This document shows, piece after piece, positions 41,401 through 51,380 of a stretch of DNA of 64,000 bases. Location: contig JBHGNT010000018.1 in assembly GCA_043228905.1 (NCBI GenBank), forward strand, positions 9,920,001 to 9,984,000, read 5' to 3'. Position 1 is the first letter of the stretch, and each line of letters begins with the position of its first letter. The notes beneath the pieces were generated by a model that searched no databases, was not told the origin of the DNA, and saw only the letters and a list, made by a program, of their open reading frames with translations. The position numbers and the translations under genes are program-made. This stretch comes from Azolla caroliniana (lineage: Eukaryota > Plantae > Polypodiophyta).

Positions 41401-42008
41401 GCCGGTTGAAGAAGAGCCTTTACGGACTGAAGCAGGCTCCCCGGCAATGGTACCGGAAGTTCGACTCTTTCATGACCGACGAAGGGTACCACAAAACGCA
41501 GTCCGATCACTGCGTGTTTGTGAAGAAGTTCGAAGGAGGAGACTTTCTAATACTCCTCCTGTACGTGGACGACATGTTGATCGTCGGACGGGACCAGGGC
41601 AAGATACGGATGCTGAAGAAAGCGCTTCACCAAACCTTCTCAATGAAGGACCTGGGTCCGGCAAGGCAAATACTAGGGATGCACATCATCCGGGACCGGA
41701 AGAAGAAGCAGTTGTGGCTGTCACAGGAGAAGTACGTGACAAAGGTGCTTCACCGGTTCAACATGTCGGAAGCAAGACCGGTCGGGTCAACCCTCCCGGC
41801 AAACTGCAAGCTGTCCAGCAAGCAAAGCCCCAAGACAAAGGCTGAGAAGGAGGACATGATGAAAGTACCATATGCCTCTGCCGTTGGAAGCTTGATGTAC
41901 GCAATGGTGTGTACAAGACCGGACATAGGATATGCAGTCGGAGTGGTGAGCCGGTACATGAGCAATCCCGGCAAAGAGCACTGGAACGCGGCCAAGTGGA
42001 TACTCTGA
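38466..42008 (+). CDS. gag-pol polyprotein (gag, CCHC, PR, INT, RT) up to a premature TGA
   Basis: 1183-aa ORF; CFHCGKSGHFRKNC, WVVDSGAS, RADNGGEY, LYVDDM. Confidence 0.95.
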   Translation: MEGGSSGQPGMMVLNAQNYADWKIKMEDLLIVRDLYEPIDRSEIPKGVLETEWRLLNRKAVATIRQYVDVSVLQHVANDTNAYEMWQKLSGLYERKNALNRTSLMRKIVNLKYRDGESMVEHVSTFMGFVNQLAAIKFPLEDAMQAIMLMCTLPESWENLVVTLSTSCTEDNLSLQTVKTSILNEEARRRDKEPASDPKMLLTESDRGRQRNQSPQRREKLGTRSQSRGRPTCFHCGKSGHFRKNCRHYRKDNGADDTDSKKSSERNGAYRGATDRNGSDRRGQDRKGMTTLAASEEEIMLITEEGELNIAGDETTWVVDSGASFHLTPERRYFSSYTAGEHGCVRMGNEGTCRIAGIGDVWLTTSTGCKMLLKDVRHVPEVRLNLISARRLDDEGYTGSIRNCVMKFSKGSLIVARARKVNTLYLMNAWLCPEELNVAADTAGELWHKRLCHMSEKGMKRLAEDNLIPVKHVHLEKCTDCLAGKQNRTSFHSRPPTRRSAPLELVHTDVCQVETKSHGGAQYFVTFIDDHSRKLWTAPLKTKDQVFCVFKELHARVERESGKKLKAIRADNGGEYRGQFEEYCRSKGIRLEFTVPKTPELNGLAESMNRTIMERVRSMLAHAKLPKGFWAEAMSTATYVINRSPSVPLDGDTPQRVWTGREVSYRHLKVFGCLAYVHVAKDRRGKLDPKTRPCIFLGYGDDEFGYRVWDPVDKKIFWSRDIIFMEDKTLADWESEKKMKSSKSTGEDQLYEEQSRPARDRLALEDPAEDGEETEPAEEDETDTRTGPEPEMDSDEEETEEPVTEAPERRYPLRERRAPRRFPEPEHVLLTNEGEPESFEEAKLDTHSRRWLSAMQEEMDSLHENHTYELVELPKGKRALRNKWVFKLKPGDAGNPPRYKARIVVKGFQQKKGVDFDEIFAPVVKMTSIRTVLSIAASMDLEVEQMDVKTAFLHSDLKEEIYMQQAEGFKKKGKEHLVCRLKKSLYGLKQAPRQWYRKFDSFMTDEGYHKTQSDHCVFVKKFEGGDFLILLLYVDDMLIVGRDQGKIRMLKKALHQTFSMKDLGPARQILGMHIIRDRKKKQLWLSQEKYVTKVLHRFNMSEARPVGSTLPANCKLSSKQSPKTKAEKEDMMKVPYASAVGSLMYAMVCTRPDIGYAVGVVSRYMSNPGKEHWNAAKWIL

Positions 42009-42539
42009 TACCTGAAGGGCACGGCAAACGTGTGCCTCCGATTCGGCTCCGGTAAGCCCGAACTCGACGGCTTTACCGATTCGGATATGTCGGCTGATGC
42101 AGATACCAGCCGGTCCACATCAGGGTATGTGATGACGTATGCAGGGGGAGCTGTTTCGTGGCAGTCGAGGCTGCAGAAGACGGTTGCGTTGTCAACCACG
42201 GAGGCGGAGTACATGGCGGCTGTTGAAGCTGGCAAGGAAATAATATGGATGAAGGACTTCATTAGAGAGCTCGGTATCTGGCAGGAGGAGTACCGACTCT
42301 ACTGCGACAGTCAGAGTGCCATCCACCTTGCGAAGAATGCGGCCTATCACTCCCGGACGAAGCACATCCAGCGAAGATATCACTGGATCCGGGAAAGGAT
42401 AGAAGACCAGGAGTTCGTGCTGACGAAGATCCACACGGACGAGAACGGGTCAGATATGCTGACCAAAGTGCTCACACCCGACAAGCTGGAAGCGTGCCGG
42501 AAGAGGGTCGGACTGGAAAGACATCCCATGCTGAAGTGA
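42009..42539 (+). pseudogene. In-frame RNase H continuation after the single stop
   Basis: 'GFTDSD..SWQSRLQ..EAEY..SDMLTK'; stop falls in the conserved IL(R)YL. Confidence 0.93.
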
Positions 42540-42891
42540 AGGGGGAGTTTGTTGGGATTACGGTCCCTCCGGATGGGATGGTCAGATGTCCGGGAATCGG
42601 GAATGAAGACCCGATTGAGACGTACCCGGTATCGGAACCGGATGATGAAGACCCGGTTTCGGATCCGGATGATGAAGACCCCGGCTACGGAGCCGGATGA
42701 CGAATGTACCCGGAGAGAGATCCGGATGCGGGGACATATTTGTGAATATGTTTGCCAAGGGCCCTCTAGGCTATATTTGTAAATAGCCCGAAAGTCATAT
42801 GTGTATAAATATGACTTAGGGCAAACAGTTTAGTAGTTGTTGCTCATTTTTCTGTTTTCCACTTAGAGGGAGCGAAGTGAGAGCAGCCGAA

Positions 42892-42922
<31 letters not shown>

Positions 42923-45232
42923 GAGGTCGACGCCTCTGTGTAATACCGCCGCCTGTGGCGAGGACAGCGAGCTCAAGGTCGTCGCCTTGCAGCTCGCCAT
43001 TGTACATTCTCTGCGTATAGTGATAGTTGGAGTCTTGCACTCCCGTGGTTCTTCCCGTCTAGGGTTTTCCACGCTAAACCCTGTGCATTCGAGTCTCTCT
43101 CTGTGTTTGCGATTTACTGCTGCATTGACTCGTGTTTCCTCGGTTGTGGCCGAGAGGTGAAGGTTTTGAAAGCATCAATCTCTAACATCTTCAAGGCGAA
43201 TTAGAAGAGGTATACATGGTACAACCACCCGACATCGAATCGCGTACTCATCCAAAAGTTGTGTGCCAATTCAAGAAGCCTCTCTATGGACTCAAGTAAG
43301 CACCGTGTGCTCTGCATTCGAAGATTACGCAATATTTTCATCAAATTGGCTTTCGAATGTTGAAATCCGACAACTCCCTCTACATACGAAACGACTCTAG
43401 AAACTCGATTGTCATCATCCTATACGTGGATGATCTGGTCATTGGAGAAGAAAGTTTAGTCGACATCAACAAAGTGAAATCCCTCCTCTCCAACAAATTC
43501 GAGATGACGGACATGAAGGAACATCACTTCCTAGGCATCGAAGTAATTCAAATTCCGACCGGCATTATGATCTCTCAACGGCATTACATTCTCAACTTAT
43601 TATACAGGTTCGGGATGACAGAGTGCAAATCTGTGTCAACCCCTCTCAATCGAAACCTCAAACTAGATGCCAACTCCGACATAGACAACTGCGAGCCGAC
43701 TCAATATCGACAACTGATTGGGAGCCTCATCTATCTCACAATCACGTGACCTAACCTCAACTACCCGGTCGGCCTCCTTAGCCAATTCATGCAAACTCCG
43801 GGAGATATCCATTTCGATTGCGCTAAGCGAGTATTACGATATGTGAGCGACACAATGGATTACAACATCCTTTACGCATCGACCACACCAATTCGACTCG
43901 AAGGATACACGGATGCTGACTGGGCTAGCTACAAAGCCAATCGACGATCAACCTCTGGTTTTGTCTTCTCCCTTGGCAGCGAAACAATTTCGTGGAGTAG
44001 CAAGAAGCAACCAACCGTAGCTCTTTCAAGTACGGAGGCCGAACACAGGGGTGCAACCGTAGCTACATGTGAAGTCGGGCGTTCCCATCAAGGATCTGAC
44101 TCCCATTTACTGCGACAACATGAGCAGTATATACCTGACTCGGAACCCGGTGTTCCACGCATGCACAAAGCATATCGAAGTGCACTACCACTTCATTTGA
44201 GAGCGTGTTCAGGTAGGAAATGTTGATCTTCTCACACATAATACACATCTCTTCCACCACACAAGAATCATATCTGATTCTTTACATGGGAATCATATAC
44301 GATTCTTTATAGGGTTAAACAAGACTGAAAAAAGCGAGTCAAGTGAGCCACTGGGATCGCGACTCCCACCTTTCGTCAAGCCCTAAAGGCAATGGGGTAT
44401 TCCCATGTCAGTCTGGTCTCCTTTCCATGATTGACTACCGATTTAGTCCACCTTTGTCCAAACTGCCACCGCATTGAACACTCTCCGTCGAGGAGAGGAT
44501 ACCCGAACCACCAAGAAGTCCACCACCAGAATGTCAAAAGAGTTTTCATTGAATAAACTCAAAAAAAAATCTCGTTCAAGATGAGAGAGGAAACCCAAAA
44601 CACACACCCAAACTCCCACGAAGAAGACACCTCGAAATATCTGAAGAAAAAACCCTAAAACCTCAACTCACATGAAAAAGAACCCAAACCCACAAGAAGA
44701 GGAAACCCTAACTGAATAGGAAGAAGAAGACCTAGACCTTCCTAACCAAGACAATGATGAGAGAGGAGAAACAAAACTGAAACCCTAAAACGAAATAGGA
44801 AGAAGAAGACCTAAAACCAAAACCCTAATCAAGAAGAGAGAGGAGAACCAAATGAAATTGTAGTCCTCCACTAAAAGAAGACCTCCCAAAGAAAGAAGAA
44901 GAAGAAGAAGAAGAAGAAGAACCTAAAGGACGAGGAAAACCACCAAACACTAGAGAAGGAGAAGGAGGAAATGAACACCCTAGATCTAAGTGGGCAACAT
45001 CCCAAATCTTAAAGAAAGAGAAGCCCTAGATCTACATGGTGCAGATCTACACCCTCCTAACTCAAAAATGGGCAACATCCTAAATCTTAAAGAAAGAGAA
45101 GCCCTAGATCTACATGGTGCACCCCCCTAACTCAAAATGGGGCGACCCCAAAATAAGCCCTAGTTTCCCCATTATATAGAGATGAGGAGGAACCTACTTT
45201 CAAAATTTCTTGTAATTATTGCCCCCTTCTTT

Positions 45233-45405
45233 CAAAAAGAAAGGGGAAATAAAGTAAGTTTCCTTTATTTGCGTTGGCAAAGACTCAAACTTTACACCAT
45301 TGAAAACACACTTAGGGGCCCTAACCACTAATCATTTATTATACACGCACACACACACATATGCTTGTGAAATGCATGTTCATTCCCCTTTTTCTCACTT
45401 TTTTT
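45233..45405 (-). repeat. Outer direct repeat X, left copy
   Basis: Aligns with 48804-48980 (CAAAAAGAAAGGGGAAATAAA..AAAGACTCAAACTTTACACCATT..AATCATTTATTATACAC..TGCATGTTCATTCCC). Confidence 0.9.
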
Positions 45406-45406
45406 A

Positions 45407-45595
45407 GGTTTGCCTTACGGCTTTGGAAGGAGCGTGGGTCGATATACAACTCGAATACTAAGCGTGACCACTCTTGATAGCAATGGGCCCTCTCGAACCC
45501 ATTATTACCGTGGATGTAACCAGGACTTCTTGGGAGGTTTCCCATCCCAATACTGTTTTGGCTCAAGCACGCTTAACTTGCAATGCTTGAAGCAT
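45407..45595 (-). repeat. Inverted repeat Y, left copy
   Basis: Reverse complement of 48614-48802 along its whole length. Confidence 0.92.
45512..45578 (-). pseudogene. 5S rRNA-derived segment (3' half; A box, IE, C box)
   Basis: rc reads AGTTAAGCGTGCTTGAGCCAAAACAGTATTGGGATGGGAAACCTCCCAAGAAGTCCTGGTTACATCC, matching plant 5S nt ~50-119. Confidence 0.88.
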
Positions 45596-45801
45596 CCAAA
45601 CCACCACAAAACTCATGGCATGTGAGTTGCCAAGGTAGGTATTGCTATTTTTGTTAACCGATGGGTTGTAGTAAGGAGTGCGAGCAACTTTGCAATATGG
45701 TGGATAATGTAATAGAAAAAAAAAAGATTATGAGCACGAAGGTGAGAGAGAGAGAGAGAGAGAGAGAAACTCAAGAAATTTTCATTAAAAAGAAAGGAAA
45801 T

Positions 45802-45853
45802 ACCTTATGCAACAAACTAGTTTCGCTCGCTTAGAGCTCATAGTGCAAAAGGT
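45802..45853 (-). ncRNA. Degenerate minimal type I hammerhead ribozyme
   Basis: rc: ACCTTTTGCA-CT(g)ATGA-GCTC taagc GAGC-GAAA-CTAG-TT-tgt-TGCATAAGGT; stem II, palindromic stem III, stem I; core G missing. Confidence 0.7.
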
Positions 45854-46359
45854 CATGCAAATACAAAAGGTGGTTTATATAGGATGTTGAGGATGGGGAA
45901 GGGAGGAGAAAGAGGGGAAGTGAATCAGTGATAGGGTGTGTAATTATAAGTACGAAAACAAAAGACGATAAGAAAGTGAAAATATAAGAAGGGAAAGGAA
46001 GGAAAAAAGAAAAGAAAAAGGAAATTAGTAAGAGGTGGTGGGGAGAGGGGTCGAGGGAAATGAGGGAAGAGAACATATAAAAAGGTAGTGAGAGATAGAG
46101 GGGAGGGGGGAGAAAAAAAGGGGAGAGAGAGAGAGAGAGAGAGAGAGAAGAATGAGTGATGATATAAAATAGTAGTAGGGGGGAGAGAGAGAGAAAGAGA
46201 GTATAGATTTTAGTGAGATATAAGGGAATGATAAGGGGGTACAAATAGGAGGGAAGGGGAAAGGGGAGATGTGTGAATAGTAAATAATAGTAAGGGGGAA
46301 GGAGAGAGGAACAAGGAAGGGGGATAGATTTAAATGAAGGGTGAGAAAATATGTTTATG

Positions 46360-47930
46360 GGGGCTTCAGGATATGTTGTAGTTGGGGATCTAATTGGGTA
46401 TCAGAGTGTAGGCTAGTGAGTATTTTCTTTGATAATTAATGTGGGGGTATGGTGAGTATATCTAAGTTTAAAGATAGTGGGTGGGGTGGTCTTTTAGTTT
46501 TTCTTTAAAGAGGAGAGTGTGTCTAAGGGAATATGGATTTCTAAAGTTCTTTAGAATAAACTACGTGGGATAACCTTGATCTCTAAGTCTCATAAAGAAT
46601 CTTTTTTGCATATTTAAATATCCTAGGGTTGTGCTTTCTCTAATCATATATCATTTTAGTTCATTCGAGATGAAATTATTTTTAACATGGAGAGGGTGAT
46701 TAGAGGAATAAGGGATGTATTGATATGCATTAAATGTTTTTTGAAAGCAATTAAAGTGAATCTATTATTATCTAAGTTAATCCATAAGCCTAAAAAGGGT
46801 AGTTTCGTGTAAGAAGTATGTATGGTTAGTTTGATAGAGTTTTGAGTAGTGTTACTATAGATATTTAGGTAATCGAAACGTTGGGTTTTAATACCAGTCC
46901 AGACACCAAAGGCATCATTAATATACCTAGTGAAATAGAAAAGGTGGGGTGATGGATTGGATTTAGACATGTGTAGACAACAAAAAAATTATTGCCCATG
47001 GTTGTTCCTTTTACCTGTCCATAAATCTAGTTGTTTAATTTTAGGAAGTGGTATTCTAAGGTGAGGGCGCTCTAAGGGTATAAATCAGATTAGTTTTTTG
47101 GTTCGAAAAATGAAAGTTCTAGTTTTGGTGGGATGTTAGGGTAAAGGGATTCAACATCAAAAGAAAAAATGAAACTATTGTGTGGTGTTATAAGTTGTTC
47201 TAAGGTTCAGACAAGGGAATGGGAGTCCTTAAGATACTATTTTTGACATAGAAGTATAGGGAGTTGACAGTGAAGCCATTTAAACGTTTGTTCAAATAAT
47301 GAACCATTATATGAGCAAATTGGTCTATAGCTAATGGGGTTTTATGTACTTTTGGTCGGAAGTACATATTAGGTATCGAGTAACCTTTCGGAGGTTTGTG
47401 TAGGATAAACTGTATTTCATGTAGTCGACTTAAGAGTTCTTCTAACGGGAGACTATTAACTTTTTTATATGTAGTGATGTCAGATAAATAGTCTAGGGCT
47501 TTATCTAGGTATGTTTTTCTATCGAGGACACAAACTCCAATGTTTTTGTCCGCTAGTAGGATGATTATTTATTTGTTTTTTCTAAGGCTATTTAGTGCTA
47601 TCTAGAGGTGTAGTGGTATTTTGGTATTTGGTAGTATATTATTATGGAGGTTTGTGGAGAGAGAGTTATTGTGTTTATGGAGTATAGACTCTAATGTGGA
47701 TACTTAGTAGGAGGGTTCCAATTCGGGTTGGATAGTTTGAAGGGATTAGAGGGAGGAGAGTCGAGGTCTTTAAAGAAATATTTAAGTCTCAAGGATCTAC
47801 TTAGGTTTTGGTATTCTTAAAGGATGGATTGGTTAGTGGGTGGGGGGCAGGGGGGTATAAACTTAAGTCTTAGGTTTAAAAGTTTGATTTCTAATTTACT
47901 AAGGGTGTAATTTGAAAGATTATGAATTTT
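46360..47930 (-). pseudogene. Penelope-like reverse transcriptase (decayed, no endonuclease seen)
   Basis: Manual translation: IHNLS..LKFIP, IILLADKNIG..Y..LSD..TY, PKVHK..RPI, FDVESLYPNIP, QVKGTTMG, RYIND, IKLT..LPFL, YQYIPYSSNHP..NELK, RLRDQGYP. Confidence 0.9.
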
Positions 47931-48613
47931 ACTTTTTACGATGGGGGTCGTGTCTATGGTGGGAGTAAGTGGTTTCCAAAACTTGTATCTAAGTCTTTTA
48001 GTACGTGATTTAGTGTAAGGGGTGAAGGGGAAATGAGAGTTTTCTCTACCTAGCTACATGTACGTATCACACGTTAAAGGGGGCCTATCTAGTATGTAAA
48101 AGAGATGTTTACAAGGGTGTAAGGCGTGCGTAAACCGTTCACTAATTCGTTTAGCACGCCTCACTACCTGTTTTTTGGTTTAGACGTATAAGTTGGAGTT
48201 TTAGTTAGGGGGTGACGGGGGGGTTTATAAGAGTTATGTGGGTTTGATTTACTATATGGGTGGGTGGTAGGGGCAGACGGGTTAAAATTAGGTAAAAGGG
48301 GAGGGGTATTAGATGTAAATAGGGAGGGGTTCTTATTCATATTATGTGAAAATAAGGGGTGAGTGGCATGTGTGGAATTATTAAGAAAGGAGAGGGGGGT
48401 ATGGAAGGAGTGTGTGAAAATATTGGGGGGGGTGGGGGTCATTACAAAAAGGGGGCATGGGGTTAAGTAGGGGAATATTGGAAACTAACGAGGGGTATAC
48501 AAAGAATTAGTAGAAAATGTGGGGGGAGGATTTTGAGAGTGAATGGGGTGTGGGTGTAGTGGCCATGAATAAGGAAAGGGTGTTGGGGTCTTGGTGTGGA
48601 AGAGGGATGGACT

Positions 48614-48802
48614 ATGCTTCAAGCATTGCAAGTTAAGCATGCTTGAGATAGAATAGTACTGGGATGGGTGACCTCCCAGGAAGTCTTGGTTACATCTATG
48701 GTAGTAATGGGTTCGCAGGGGCCCATTGCTATCAAGAGTGGACACGCTCCATATTCAAGCGGTATATCGACCCGCACTCCTTGCAAAGCCGTAATGCAAA
48801 CC
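48614..48802 (+). repeat. Inverted repeat Y, right copy
   Basis: Reverse complement of 45407-45595. Confidence 0.92.
48631..48696 (+). pseudogene. 5S rRNA-derived segment (3' half; A box, IE, C box)
   Basis: AGTTAAGCATGCTTGAGATAGAATAGTACTGGGATGGGTGACCTCCCAGGAAGTCTTGGTTACATC. Confidence 0.92.
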
Positions 48803-48803
48803 C

Positions 48804-48980
48804 CAAAAAGAAAGGGGAAATAAAATAGTTCCTTTATTTGCGCTGGAAAAGACTCAAACTTTACACCATTCTAAACCCACTTAGTGGCAGTAACCACTAT
48901 GCCACTGACAATCATTTATTATACACACACATATGCTCATTCCCCTTGTGCATGTTCATTCCCTTTTTGCTCGCTTTTTC
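48804..48980 (-). repeat. Outer direct repeat X, right copy, with tRNA-type A/B boxes
   Basis: rc TGGCATAGTGG (48894-48904) and AGTTTGAGTC (48851-48860), 33 nt apart, TATA-like upstream, T-runs downstream. Confidence 0.8.
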
Positions 48981-51361
48981 TCAGCGTTGCCAAAACTCTT
49001 CATGGCATTCACCCCCACCAAACCGCACATCCTCTAGTATGTGCCAAGAAAAGGGAAGAGGTGAGATTTCGGCAATGGTGATCAATTGTTCTCATTCAGC
49101 TTTCGGCTCAGGTGATGTTCAGTTCGCCAACTCTCAACTAGTGGCCTTGTAAGGCCCAGGCCGGATTGGCCCCGACCCTCCGAATAATATTGTTTGCCAG
49201 TTCTCGGGTCGTAGCCTCCGGTTCCTCATGTTTGGCTCCTTGCTGACCTCATCCTCGTTCAGGAGCTCCTCGCCTTCATCTTCGTCGTTGAGGTCGTTGA
49301 GTTCGAGTCTTCATTCCTTGTACTACTCCTAAATTGTCTTCGTTCCTCCACTTCGAACATGTCCCTTCATCCGATAATCGTGACCATCCGATCCATCATA
49401 AACTCCACTTGCTCTTCACATTGCCAACCGGTTGTCGTATCTCCCTTTCCTTTGCCTGAGCATAACCCTTCATGCACCGCGCATGTACCACCTCCATCCC
49501 GATCATCTCCCTTAGTCAACGCATTTCGACCCTTCATCACTCCTCTTATCACGCTCACCCTCCCAAGATCTCATCCAAATGCCGACGTTGACTATCCTTC
49601 GTAGTCCCTTTTTGCATGCTCGTCTCAAGGTCCTCGAATGACCACACCACACGCTTCCCCATTAGTCCATATTCATGGTGTTCTCCCGTGCTAGAATTGA
49701 CCACGTTCCTTTTGATATTCGAAGTAGTGTCCTCCTTCATGTTCGACATCGTTATATCAATATGCATAATACTTCAAGACGTGTAACACCAACAACCCCA
49801 AAAACCTCTCTTTCTGAATCATTTAATAGTGTACATATTGAGGTACACCAAAACCACACCATGAGCTCTCTTTATGGTTGTCAACTTAGTAATTTACACC
49901 ATAACATAGAATACATATAAATGAAAGTATCCCTTTCTCACACGCTCCTCCGAACCGGCCCTATAAATTTTACTTGAAATTAAGATAGACAATCCAAATA
50001 ACACAGATAGATGCTTGAACAGATTAGACCCACAAAGATAGATGTATTAATAGATTCAGATGCAATAGTTACACGACTCAAGGCCGGAGTTCTATTCTCA
50101 TACAGTGAGATAGATAACTGTAATCCTCTCTAGAATAGGGTATAACTCTCCCGTTATTCCTCTTGCCCTCCCTTCTAAGGATTCTGCTCCTCGTTTTATA
50201 GCTTCTGTCTTGGCGCGCTTCAGTCAATCCTTTCTTCTCGGCCTTCATTCTCGGTTGCACGTATTCCATTACCTTCCTCATTCTCGATTGTCATTTTTCA
50301 CCTACTTTACCTACTCGTATCCTTAGATTTGTTTCACATTGTATCCCTTTTGTCCCACAGATAACACATGGTACGCCCTTGGGATAGTGCCTCCGCACGT
50401 CGAACCCAAAACTGACAAGAATCGAAAGCGAAACAAGCTATGTTACAGTCATTCTTCTTCCAAAATGGCAAGGATGGCCTTGGGCTGTGGCTATGTTGGT
50501 GCTGGAGGTGGCTCTTCTTTTGTGAGCTTGTTGGCATGCAACTTGGCTGATATATCCAACGGTTGGTCTTGAGGCTTTGTCCTAGATTTGGGAATTGTTG
50601 CCTCCAGAAGTGGTTTAGTGATAGGTGCGTCCACTTGCTCGGTTTCCACTCTCGACCATGTTTCCTCGTCTTCTTTTGGTGTCGGTGCGGCTTCCTTGAT
50701 TACATTGGTCGTGATGCGTGTGCAATTGCTTCTTCTTCTTTTTCAGCGAGGAGGCGCTCTCGTTCATAGGCTTCCGCATCCAGTCTTATCAACATTAGAT
50801 CATCGTTGAATTCTTCAAGGAGGTTCCTGATGGCCATGGTGTGCGTGTTTCCCAGGGCTTGGTATTCGTCGGTGAGGTCTTCGCGGAGGATTTGGATGTT
50901 GCTTTTGTCCATCTTATAAAATCCGCGACCTTTTGTTACCATACGAGATGTACGGGTGAACGATGTAATGTATGTGTAATGTTATACAATTATGAGTGTG
51001 AATGTAAGTGTGAGTGTGGTGGATACAAAGAGGTGTGAGTGAGTGACTAGGTGTGAATGCCCAAAGGGCTTGCACCCTTGTGTATCTACCCTTTTGTACC
51101 TATTTAACCCCTTATGGGGAATGAATGAATACAAGGATCATTTCTCTCTCTCTCTCTTCCCCCTTACGTTGAACCCCCTTGGGAGGGGGGTGGAGCCATT
51201 CTAGGCACCACCCCCCACCCCTCAATGCTTGTCTTGTTCTTCATATTCTCTCTCACCATCATAGCTTTTATCATCTCCACCATTACGCCATGTCTATCTT
51301 CATCATCAATCATCATCATAATAATATATTAACCATAACCCTAAAAGCATATAACTCTTTT

Positions 51362-51380
51362 TGGCGACCACTATGGAGAC
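51362..51380 (+). promoter_or_regulatory. PBS (tRNA-Arg-like) after the left LTR
   Basis: TGGCGACCACTATGGAGAC, 5 nt from LTR end. Confidence 0.7.

Larger units (their letters stand above)
37764..43187 (+). mobile_element. Young, nearly intact Tnt1/Tork-like Ty1/copia element I
   Basis: LTRs 37764-38434 and 42550-43187 (~5 substitutions by eye), TSD TCTTC/TCTTC, PBS at 38438, PPT 42538-42547. Confidence 0.98.
17124..44230 (+). mobile_element. Old Ty1/copia host element E, split into 17124-17176, 29282-~31523, ~37127-37763 and 43188-44230
   Basis: gag 'KLDQNNFASWEYK|MHQYLVGQGYW' rejoined across TSD CAAGA; RT 'MDVKNVFL|QGELEE' rejoined across TSD TCTTC; RNase H truncated at ~44230. Confidence 0.88.
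45233..48980 (-). mobile_element. Penelope-like element relic with composite termini
   Basis: PLE RT motifs, hammerhead, inverted repeats 45407-45595/48614-48802, direct repeats 45233-45405/48804-48980. Confidence 0.8.

Noticed and set aside
42006-42008. Programmed stop-codon readthrough between RT and RNase H
   Set aside because: Position is a conserved Arg (ILRY in the other copias); CGA>TGA deamination explains it
38519-42434. Many antisense and alternative-frame ORFs over gag-pol
   Set aside because: Shadow ORFs of GC-rich coding sequence
44640-44830. Telomeric repeat array
   Set aside because: Isolated AAACCCTA units only, common in plant leaders; not tandem
45831-46244. 137-aa L/S/F/P-rich ORF
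   Set aside because: Translation of a (CT)-rich tract with no domain motif
48000-48200. N-terminal GIY-YIG endonuclease of the PLE
   Set aside because: Weak 'RISERFTH..EKTLI..LN' resemblance only; no GIY or YIG motif, several stops
48631-48696. Functional 5S rRNA gene (also 45512-45578)
   Set aside because: Only the 3' ~66 nt match, with substitutions; the 5' half is absent and there is no tandem array
48770-48802. Twister ribozyme in repeat Y
   Set aside because: Only AAGCCG..TAA..GCA resembles it; the upstream core and pseudoknot partners are missing
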